From the NCBI GenBank assembly GCA_040954595.2, contig CM082593.2, forward strand, positions 2,931,434 to 2,995,433: 64,000 nt of DNA. The letters run 5' to 3'. The notes below the pieces were generated by a model. The model saw nothing but the letters and a program-made list of their open reading frames with translations. It did no database searches and had not been told where the DNA came from. Each line of letters opens with the position of its first letter. Position 1 is the first letter of the stretch. Positions 28,301 through 39,100 of this stretch are shown piece after piece. The position numbers were made by a program, and so were the translations under genes. Source of the DNA: Balanoglossus misakiensis (taxonomy: Eukaryota > Animalia > Hemichordata).

Positions 28301-30431
28301 AATATAAAGTTAAGTCCGAGTTAGATAACGTTTAAATCTTAATGCTCTAAAGATAATACTTCCCGTCCATCTGATGGAAATCTTTGCAAGGTTATCTACC
28401 TGGTAAAACCATCAATCCGTTAATCTTCCGGACAATCTCATGCAGTTTGTTCGAGTAATTACCCTTGCCTCGCAATCATTCTTTCGCCATCCTCACATCT
28501 AACATTCCATCTCTGTCCTATCATCTGATTTAATACCTTTAAATAGCCGAAAGTATACGAATGTCGTTCCTTGTGACCTATCATCTTATCTCTGTCATTT
28601 TTGTCTTTTTTCCCTTTCGTTAAACTGCAAACAAGATTGTTGTTTGGCTTTCAGAACGATCCTGATTATACAACACATGCGCAATACGTTTCCACCACAA
28701 TGATAAAACTCTCTACATCATATGTCGACCATGCGATGAGTTGTTCCACCGTCTTTCAGTTAGGTTGCCCCACTTCCTGTACTGAGCATCACTGAAATAT
28801 GCCGTAAGACACCTTGGTTTTCACTCACTGATTTTTTTAAAAGCAGACATCTGTCTCGAGCTCTCATGCAAACAGAGACAGAGAAAACAAAACACCGTTT
28901 GGCATCAATAGACGTTAATAACACTTCCTCGGGGGAGCTTGCGTTGTCTCCAAAACAACGCTATGATTTTCAATCGCTCAGCCGGTTTTCACTTCTCACC
29001 ATTCAATGATTGATGTTACATTTTTTTACTAATGCATTATCATGTCCACTTTCTGTTCGCGTGTTCCCCGTGGCACCCGTGTGATGGCTGTGAACCATCG
29101 CTCTCCCGAAATCTGCTCTCCGCTAACAAACACCCAACATTTTCACTCGACCGTCATTAACGTGAAACTCTAGAAACTGGCGCACACTCACAGTGGTGGC
29201 GAAGCTTTCAACGCGCCCCTTCCGTGCCTTTTGGGCAAAAGCGCGCTGAAGTACCATTAAAAGTAACTCCAATCAGAGTTAGGGACGAGAAAATAGCCTT
29301 CCTTAATAGCGGACGTCTAATGGATGTCAGTCACCGAGAGTCGATTTCGAGGATTACAACATCTACACAAGAAGTGCTATAATGATTTTACTCGGGAAAT
29401 TTGATTCTGATAATAATGTTGACATAGCCATGATCGGTTTACTCACCGATGCATTTGCACATGACGGTGGAATGTTATTCGGAATATAAGTATTTTCTCC
29501 CAAGCCATATTTTTTGCCCTCATTAATTTAAAAGATTTCGTGATCATGTCAAGGACGAGACTGTAGTTGTTCATTTTGTACTGAGGCCTACCAAACAACT
29601 GGCTTTCATACTGGAGGCAGTAGTATGTTGAGTAAGCACGTATATCTACATGTGTGTTACATGTATATGTGTATTAGGGCTAGACGTTGCTATTTCTACG
29701 TCAGAAAGGCGGTCAGCACCTTAACTTGAATTTAAATTCTGCTATTTACTGTTCAGAACGCTACTTGGAGAACAGTTGCTCTTTCTGGTTGTCGTGTTCC
29801 TTTAAATCGGCGATGTCATTAAATTTTAAACCCCACTTCAATCGGTACTTGCAGATTTAATGATAAAACAACAGTCCTACAGAGATTAAGACAACTGTAG
29901 CGAATAGCACGCACAACATAATCGGATTTTTCGCTAGCTCACAATCGCGTTAAGATCTCGCCGTAAATACTCCACCGTTTCTGCCGACGGCTAAATTGAA
30001 AATTTATCTATAATTTTAAAGCAAAGCTTTTGGTTTTAATTTGCCGATAACGCATTGTCGATTTCTGATATATAGCATACTTCCCCGATTTATAGTAACA
30101 AGGAGCTATATGTGGCTATAAATAACATAAAATGCCGGAGTAGACGATGTATATTTTTGCGCGTTCGCTACTTCCATGGGAATGTATCTGCGTAAATTAC
30201 ACAAAATTGCAATGGTTGTTCTCTACCATCTGCAATAAAAGCCGTAGCTTTAAAGGCTTGAAATTCAAATTTATGCAAATATATGCATACACATCTTGCA
30301 ATTGCCATCCGAGTTTTAAAATGCCAACACACATATCTTCTACAAGCTCTGCACATGATCAAAGGGGTGACATCTCGTACCGAAAATTTGCAGATGTACT
30401 GTCCCAAGTTTTAAAACATCCCATGTCTTTT

Positions 30432-30475
30432 GTGGTTTGGTTGGCTGGCTGACTCTGGCTGGTTGGTCGGCCGGT
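30432..30475 (+). repeat. Degenerate (TGGY)n tetranucleotide repeat
   Basis: gtggtttggttggctggctgactctggctggttggtcggccggt. Confidence 0.6.
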
Positions 30476-31595
30476 TTAGAAGTTTGGCATAGTTGATGGT
30501 AGGTCAGCTGGTCATCTGACCACCTTAGGTGTTCCCACCTTCACTTCTTGACCACTCCACCGCCGCGATAGTTTTTGTGTGAGTCCGGCGGGAATTGTTG
30601 TTGGGCCGTTATTTCAACGACTCGACGGGTATTTAAGTTGCTGGGCCGTACATTCGATGATCGGTCAGTCGATTAGGGGGTTTAATCGCCGAACGATTTA
30701 AATGTCGAACGGCCGGTTGAAACTATCAGCAGTGCACTCTTTTGCCATGCGTGCCCTAAGCCACACTGCAATCTGTAATCTTGGCCTGGAGGTAACAACG
30801 AACACCCAGACGCTAAACAAACACATTACCTTTCGAAACAAGAAAGCAAGCAGATCACCTATCTTATTCAAGTCACCCAACACGTATGTATGAACCTTGA
30901 CAATCTTGTTGATGTCAACGACAATGTCTTTCCAGAAAAATGTGAGCTATAGTTCATCAACATGAAAAGAAAATCCATGCGTAAAATCCGAAGTAAGGAC
31001 ATACATGTGGGCGGCTTTCCATGAATTTTTGATCTACTCAGAAAGGGCACTGTGGGTATCATGTTTCCCCGCTGTCCTACACCAATTTACTGCCCAGTAA
31101 TATTTCATAAGTAGGGTCATTTCACTGTTTCGTATGCGACCATTTTTATCCCGAAGTTGAGCCGGATTACGAAATGATTGTATTCGGTGGAATAGAAAAG
31201 GCAATGAAAATTTTCTAGGCTTGAGTCACCCAATTATACGTAGTGAGAGAACTTGAATATCGTTGAATATATCGAAGCGTACAAGCATTTCTTAAGGCAT
31301 GGTTCATTATCAAAGATTGGGGAGGGGTGAATATACATGTACCTCTTTTGAAAGTTGTGACATCGCTTACCGGGCTATGTTCCGATTGGGTGGCGGATGG
31401 GTTCTTTCGTCCATGTTTATTCAAACACGACTTTATAAAATGGAATTTAGTTTTGACGATAATGTGATTAATAACCTGCCGTCTTACTGCGAGTCGGTGC
31501 ACACGCATTTCCCAACTGTAGCCTCTGGTTACAGGCGTTTAGTGAACAGTCACTGTGCTATATCCTAACAACAACAACCGTGTACATGTACTTAC

Positions 31596-31799
31596 TTGTG
31601 GCATGTTAAAGCATGGACGACGTCTTCCACAGGTGCAGGCGTTGTTGCATAGTTCACCCAGGGCTCGGCATGGGCATGCCCCCCTCCCTTGTCACCTGGC
31701 ACACAATCCTGTGCAATTGCACGATATAGGAAGGACGACAACTGCGTCTATTGCCGTTTCTAGCTCACTTAACTCGAAACTACGCTCGGCTGCTGCCAT
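31596..31799 (-). pseudogene. Orphan first coding exon (68 codons) encoding a CXC/CRC (tesmin/TSO1-like) 9-Cys zinc-cluster domain, with an in-frame TGA; probably transposon-derived
   Basis: Manual translation: MAAAERSFELSELETAIDAVVVLPISCNCTGLCAR*QGRGACPCRALGELCNNACTCGRRRPCFNMPQ, followed by a phase-0 consensus donor CAA|GTAAGT (GT at 31595-31594). Strong start context CAAGATGG. Spacing C-x-C-x3-C-x8-C-x-C-x6-C-x3-C-x-C-x5-C-x-N matches the CXC/CRC pattern. TGA at 31694-31692. No second exon recognised. Confidence 0.75.
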
Positions 31800-31837
31800 C
31801 TTGGATCACAATGAATTCTGGGACTACACGCATGCGC
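31792..31837 (-). promoter_or_regulatory. Compact TATA-less promoter of the CXC exon (NRF1-like, ZNF143/Staf-like and YY1-like motifs)
   Basis: On the minus strand: GCGCATGCGT (31837-31828, NRF1-like), TCCCAGAATTCATTG (31823-31809, one mismatch from the Staf/ZNF143 core TCCCAGAATGCATTG) and CAAGATGGCAGC (31803-31792, YY1-like, overlapping the ATG). Confidence 0.55.
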
Positions 31838-33397
31838 GTTAGACAATCTATTGCCTTCAGGTGAAAGTGTTGCATTGCTCTTGGCGTTTTGCTGTAATAT
31901 ACTTTAATCTTAATCGTACCCTGGCATATATACGCCTCAAACTTGAACCGTCTTAACATTTCGAGATAGAACAAATAACTTGACAGTTGGGAAAACGATT
32001 TAAACTAGTTGGCGATTCGTATACTAAAAGAGATACATGTACAGTCGGTTTTATGTAAGCAAAAAATCATATGCAGTCAGTGTAAATTTTACTGAACTTT
32101 CCTATATACCCAATAGTTTAGACCAACTTCTGCGTTCGTCCTTACTTGAAAATAACGACAAAGTTAGTCACACCTCCCCGTTTGTAGGTGGTATCGACTC
32201 CCTGAACGCGCGTGTTTGAAGAGGGTATTAAAAAATCCCGGCAATACATGAACCTTGTGTACTTTTCAAAACACGAGAACTCATCCGCCATTCAGAATTC
32301 GTTCATTTCATCACAACTTGAAAACACCAATCCCATGATTGAAACATACACGCCAACAATGCTTGCCCGTTGCTCAATTGCGAAGATTGTGTCTCGAGCT
32401 CTGACACCTTTTGTGTTCCATTGCACATTGTACATTTCCGTCTGAAATCGACAAAAGGCTCGGCTGATAATTGCTGGTCCAGGGTCGCGTGTAATATGCC
32501 ACTATTCAAAAAACTTGCCAAATCGCGCATTGTTACGATCTGCTGCCGAGGTCTACAATCCATCAGATAATTGCCTTGTTTCTAGGAAATCAGCGCAGTT
32601 TGGATAAATTCCCCTATTTCGATATTCAGGTCATTGACAATCGAAAATTATGAATTGTATTTTAATCTTAATACAAACATTTTTCATTTGCAGACATTTT
32701 TCGCTTTGGCTATTCTTACCCATTGAATATTTGTATCAGACATGTTCCATTAACTGAACAAAGTGCCCAAATGACAGAATATACAATATCTTGTTGACTC
32801 ACGACTGAGAAGAAACCACGTGTTCTTCAAATCAGAGGCTGTTAATACGATCATCCGCGTGCAACGCATGCGCAACACTATCGCCCTGCCGTTTCACCGA
32901 TTTCTGTGACCGAACACCAGGATCTTAGAAGCGCTGGAGCAACTATACGCGACATCACGAGGTTTCACCTTGCTTCTTTCTCGGCGTTGCTTCGAGGATT
33001 TGTAAAAAGCCAAGGTAAAGTTTTTATGCAGCTGCAGGCCTCAGATTTACAAGCGCAGTCGCTCGCTGTATAGATGGATGGTTTATTGTACGCCAAGGAC
33101 AGACAGGATCGGTGTGCTTGAAGCATCTGAAGGGCAAGATCAAAGACTCTCGCGGATTTTAAACGGTATACATGTTTCACGTTGCTCACTTGTCGTTATC
33201 GTTATCATTATATGTCCTGTGATAAATGTTTTAAGTGGTTTTGGTGTACTGCGTCAGAATTCGATGAATCACGCGCGCTTCACTGCTCCAGTAGCTGGTG
33301 TTACTTTGTATTAATCTTTTCAGGGGTTGGTCTTGGCAACGGGGCTTTCACACGGTCACCCACAGTTTTTTACCGTTTGACTCAAGTTCAGATATCA

Positions 33398-33432
33398 ACC
33401 CACCCTACCCTACTCTACCCTACCCTACCACC
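33398..33432 (-). repeat. (TAGGG)n pentamer repeat, G-quadruplex-competent on the minus strand
   Basis: Plus strand reads acccaccctaccctactctaccctaccctaccacc. Confidence 0.8.
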
Positions 33433-36088
33433 TCCGGAAGAAGGGTTGATGAAGCGAAAGTTTCGTACAGTACTTTATATTAAATGGGGTCACCCACTTC
33501 GGAAACATACATGAAAACGTGTGTATTAGCGCAGCTCAACAGAGAAAAAATCGCGCGATTTTTACTCATATAATGAGTAATTTGAAACTCTTGCCAAGAA
33601 CCAAAATTCTGCGATTCGAAAGGTAAAAATTTAGTGCGCCTCCTAAAATGTTAATGATTCCTGAAAGCTTTAGGCAAGTAATTCTGACAAAATTATCTTA
33701 AGCCACCTTACAGTTTGAATACTGGTGCAATATAAAACTCCGTTATAAGGGATAGCTGTTGGCACAGTGTCATGACGCACGCGCAGAAATATTCCAATTT
33801 CGCTTAAACTTGACACTTATTCCAATTGTATACATTGGCAATAATTGCAAAACCAAGCCCGAGTTTTCTTTCACTCTGCACTGGATTAATTGGGTGGATT
33901 TCGCTAATCTTCCGATAATAACACTTATGATTGAAACGTTCCCAATGGTACAGCGGTGTCCACAGCCAGATATCTGACACCCTATCAAAAATCAGATCTC
34001 CCTCAATTTCTCAGGGTATAGACAGTCTATTTGTCGAAATAATAATATCCCTGTGGTGTTGTCGACTTCGATCGACATATTCGATGACGCGTTTCCATGA
34101 CGGCTCCGCTAATCACCAATAGTGCAGTTTCTAATTCGAGATTTAATGGTCTGGATGAGTTGTCGACCCAATCAGTAAAAACTAGAGCGGGCGAAAAGTG
34201 CAGTATAGTGCCACGTATGTCTCAAATTAGGTTAGTTTATCCTTGAGAATAAATGCTTATCGAAAAGTTCAATTTTGCAGAGAAGTTCAGTAACTGATTG
34301 GTTATTTTGCAAATTAAAATGAATACTGAAATTCGCACTCTCTGTTGTTGTTTTTCAAGTTCTTCAAACTATGTACAGAGCGGACAATCTGACTTTTTAC
34401 TCCATTCTTGAGTATGTTGCCAGTTTTCCAAATCTTCATGTTTTCATTCACGTCTTCATTCAAACCTCCTTGCATTTCATTCTTAACAATACCAGATGAT
34501 TTTGTGAACTTGATAATACCGCTGAAACGCGAACCATTCAATCCGAATTCATATGACCTTGACTGTATAACAAATAATAGCTAATTTCCCGAAGGCGATG
34601 TAGTTGTTGCCAATGGCGGTAGCAACGGCTTCCATCGTTGCAATGGCAACGTTGATTATACCAACCTATGCGCTGACATTTTCCGACAAATTGCCACCAG
34701 ACAGGTGTGCAATGTCTGCTGACCTCATAACTCACTCAATTAACTACAGTCAGGCGCGGGATGGACCATTTTCGAAGGGAAAAGTCGACTCATTCAAGAA
34801 CAGAAAAAAAGTGCCAATTCAATATGTCAACACTAACGCTGTGCCCTCGAAGAAATCTGACTAAAAAGAATGATAACGGACGCAGCATAACAAGAAATTA
34901 TATGTGGGCCAATAATAGGGCTACAAGTAACAAGTGACATTAAGTGTAGCGAAAAGAATGAGTGAACCCTGCTTCGCATGCTGCACAAGCCATTACATTA
35001 ATAACCAAAATGGCGTCAAATGCTGGGTGGTCGCTACAGACCCTTCTCTGTCGCATCTTCAACCTCCCCCGACGTGTTTGCGTCAGACTGAAAGGTTAAA
35101 CTACTCGCCTACTACAAGTTTTCACACACTGATGACAAAAGACGACGTTTACCAGACTATAAAGTGCGTCAAAGACCTCCTCCCCGCGGACCCAGTGCGT
35201 GAATCCGTCTTCTTTGCCGTTCTTTTTCGTGTGAAAAGCCAGTAAAGGTGCTAAGATTGCGAAACACTTATGTAGGCATTTAACAGAAAGTGGGCGTAGG
35301 TTTTCAATCTTCTTTCACTCTTTCCACAGTGGTTTTATGCGCTGATAAACGAATATTCCTCAGCGACCTTTTTCATTTTATACGTTTCTTAGTAGTAAGC
35401 GGCTTTCGAAAGCTGAAGATTACCCAGTCCACGATACATTGGTATTTATATCATAAATGTATTTCGTCAGAATTATATAAAAGGTCACAGTTGAATAGAA
35501 ACTAGTTTAAGTGACAAAACAAATCCACCTACAGCTGGTATCAGAGCTGTACGATGATACTTTTCCAATAAAATCACCTGCTGTACTTTAATGCCATTGA
35601 CCGTTGATTGATGCTGTACTTTGAAATTCTGACAGTGGGTTGTTCTATTTCATTGAGGATTTGCCGTGGTCACCCGAACCATATCTTCCATCTTTGATTC
35701 TGAGTGATTCACAAAGATTGACTCTCTTATAAATAATCTACGGCGGCGTTGCAATTTGCACGTCACTGGAGGAGGGAAGGAGCGGATTGGGTGACAGTTA
35801 TCCGGGTGTTGGTGGTTCCTTCCTTGCGCATGGTAAAAAAAATCCCCGATAACATGGAAGAATGTGACGGATTACAACTCACTTGACTGTTTTCAAAGAA
35901 CTTCGATTGTGACCCAGATGACACGCGTCACAAATCCTGGGATTCTTTCTAAAAAAAGGGAAGTCTCCGACTTTGCATCTCGTAGATTAGTGGAATAGGG
36001 TCGGTGTCACGCCGGAAATAGGCATGAATTAAAGATGTGTGATATTTGCAGGTTTATGACCAAATTATATATATATGGCTTGTTTTTG

Positions 36089-36102
36089 GTTTCCATGGCA
36101 AC
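36089..36102. promoter_or_regulatory. Consensus RFX X-box GTTTCCATGGCAAC
   Basis: Exact match to the X-box consensus GTNNCCATGGNAAC; several near-matches elsewhere in the window. Confidence 0.5.
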
Positions 36103-39100
36103 CGCGCACCTTCCGAACAGATTTGGCATCTAGTGATCCCCGTGTTCAGGCCTGAATGTTTCTAGTCGAAGAGTACATTTTTTCTCGAAATTATGATTGG
36201 CGCAAATATTAGCCCCTTGAAGACTTTGAATTGTTTTGAAAAAATACATGATAAACACACAAAGTTTTGTTTTTACTGATTTTTTAAACAAGCGTTATTA
36301 TAGCTTGCCACAAATTGAAGCTATCACAGTTGGATAGATGAAAGAAATCTCACCACTCCATTGCGTGTGGCAGCTGATAGCCTGATGCTGTTGACTAACC
36401 ACACAGAAAGTGCGTTGTAACTGAAATATTTTAATCTGTTTGTCAGCAAACTAGGCCTCGCCGAACCAATTTCTCCAGATGAAATTCACTCAACTTTCGC
36501 CGATCCATCATGCATGTCATTGCCTCTGTCTTCGCAACCGACCGCCAGCAATTGATTTTTGGCGGGAATCATTGTAATCTTGTGTGACTCATTTTTTTTC
36601 CTCGCGCAGTTAGTTCCTTGTCGTTTCCCAGTGCCTGGGAGTTTACAGGTGTCAAGCTACAGTCGCAGCTATTTTGATGAAATGGTAACATTTTCATGAT
36701 ATACTTTTGATAAATCAGCATGCATGATTTATCATTCGGGTTTGTGTGATTAATATCGTTTGTTGTAGAGCACGTACACATTTTCGCGCAATTCTAGGCA
36801 GGTTTTTTCAATCACGACCACAAGGCTTGCGGGTTAAATTTTGACCTTTATGGAATCTATATACTTAATTTAGTGTACGTGTACTTTATCAAATATCAAT
36901 CACCAAATTATTCCAGGAACTATATGATTCCCACTAATTAATTCACGCGTCTCCATGGTGCTGTACTGTATTGCTATTGTATGTAAAAATTACATGGATA
37001 GATTTGAATTCACGGGAGCGGCCTTGAAACGACATTCTTGAAAAGTACAAAATATCATGTAGTATCATCAAATACAGTTGTTGAAAGTTACAATCTACGC
37101 CCTCATATGGCAACCATCGGCACGATTACCCCTCTCACCGAAACCTGTCATCAGTGCCATAAAATGTTTCTCAATCCCCGGAAAAAAAAGTAAAACGACA
37201 TTAGATATTTATATAAAGTACGAAAATACAGGGTATAAAAGCACGACATCATCGCTGCAAATTCCCACAATCTTCGAACTGAGCCCCGCGCATAAATCAG
37301 GATCAACGTACGTCCGATGGACGAATTATAAAGGAAATAATCGGAAGGAAGTATCGGTGAATTGATAAAATATTTTATTGTACCATCGAGGAAATAAACA
37401 TTGTCAATTAACCGCGACAAGTACACCTCCCTAAGAAAGATAAATGTCTTCGGAATATACACAGGCTCTTGCGAATTTCATATTAATTCCTTTTAAAGTG
37501 TTTAAAATGCGATGGAAAGTGAAATCCGCTTTAGATGGGACGCTTTAATGGTTGTTCAACATTATTCATTGTTCACTCGCTCTACGGGTGTAATTTATTT
37601 CCTTCACTTTAGATCCGGGAGGTTTGCAATCTCCCGGGATATTATCTGCACAAGATTAGGTTTCCATCAGTGTCTTTCCGGTTTCTCCCACTGCGCATGA
37701 TCAGGTCGGTACAACACACGATCACGGATACTCCTGGCGAGGTTTTCGTGTTCTTTCATAAGTGAACGTACCTTTATTGCGCCAACTCCCAAAACATGCC
37801 ACTCGTTCGCTCTTATTTCTCGCCGTTTTGGGTGCATTTATCACCTGAACTGGTCACTCGCCCTTCAGTCGGCGTGAAGCGTCGCCGCACGCAAGATTAC
37901 AGCTCCTTATGGCAGAAACTATTAGCGCCCTCACGGGTCATATCTATTTAACAGAATGCTGTCCCAGTTGCGCTACCTGCACGATTTTTTTCTTTGTAAA
38001 AATCACCATTCTTATGACGATTATAACAATTATTAGTAGATTGCTTGCCGACAGCATTAGCACGGGTCATGAAGCCATGTTACCAGAAAACTGTTCAAAA
38101 CAGGTTACATCAGTTTTGTCATTAGAAGGGGTTTTCCCTTCAAAATGTCGGATATTATACGGATATCGATTACTTTTATTACGTGAACGATTAGAAAACT
38201 TTTAACTAAGTACGCACAGTAAAAATTTGGTCATATGTCGTCATCTTCTGTGGTACAAAATAGGCTTCCACGAAGAGGAATGGTAGAGTGCACTGTTTTA
38301 AATGTCATCAACCCAGTCAGTCGAAATCTGACTAAAGCTTGTGTGTAGATGGGCATTCACGTTAAAGCTGTGACGACATTGCGCATAGGATAAGCCCGTA
38401 ATGGTCTCCGCGTATTACCTGTCTTCGTTTTCCCCCACGTACTGGTATGTAAGCCTTCACCTACGGCGAAATGACAGAGACGGGGACGAGAAATGCGTGT
38501 CCGTTTATTTGGGACACAACCGAGTTTTTGCACAAAGCATGGATTTGTTACGAGTTTTCCATTGATGTGAAGTTAAATCCCCAAATTTAGATGTAATCGC
38601 GAAACAAAGCCAACACGCCTCAGTGTGAATCCGTCTCTCTCGAAATACATGTAACAAGTTTGTAAGAAAATCGTTCATGACCAGGCATATCTGAGCGATG
38701 ATGGCTCTAGAAAGGAATATGAAAATAAAAATAACCACCTGCCGGCCATATTGAATAATATCACTAATCCCATTTTAATGCGACTGGTTTCAAAAATGGC
38801 GTTTGCGACACGTCTCCCCGCCCTAGCCCTTATTAAGTGAGCTTAAAGATCGCGACAACACCCCCGGAAAAACAGACATCGTCGTGAAACCTGTAGCTTG
38901 AAAATGTATAAATCGTGCAAAAAGATTCAACAAACCTAGGCTAGCTCATAAACATCAGTCCACTTGCCAGAATCGAGTCTTTGTCGACCCATTCTGTCGG
39001 ACAGTTGTTGAACCTTTTCAGATAAAATTACCTGGTTGATAATTTTCGTTACATACGACTACACTAGAAAGGCTAGGACAGTTTCGCATCAGTCTTTGTC

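Larger units (their letters stand above)
31590..31907 (-). mobile_element. Possible truncated end of a TTAA-specific (Kolobok-like) DNA transposon carrying the CXC exon
   Basis: About 105 bp upstream of the ATG the minus strand reads TTAA|AGTATATTACAG (TTAA at 31904-31907). A TTAA target site followed by a purine-purine terminus is the Kolobok hallmark. No transposase and no nearby partner TIR seen. Confidence 0.35.

Noticed and set aside
31692-31694. Selenocysteine reading of the in-frame TGA
   Set aside because: The TGA sits in the basic linker (CAR*QGRGAC), not at a ligand position; all nine Cys are already present, CGA>TGA explains it, and no SECIS could be identified. Disfavoured but not formally excluded.
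31555-31842. Plus-strand 95-aa ORF overlapping the CXC exon
   Set aside because: Antisense shadow of the minus-strand exon; no domain features.
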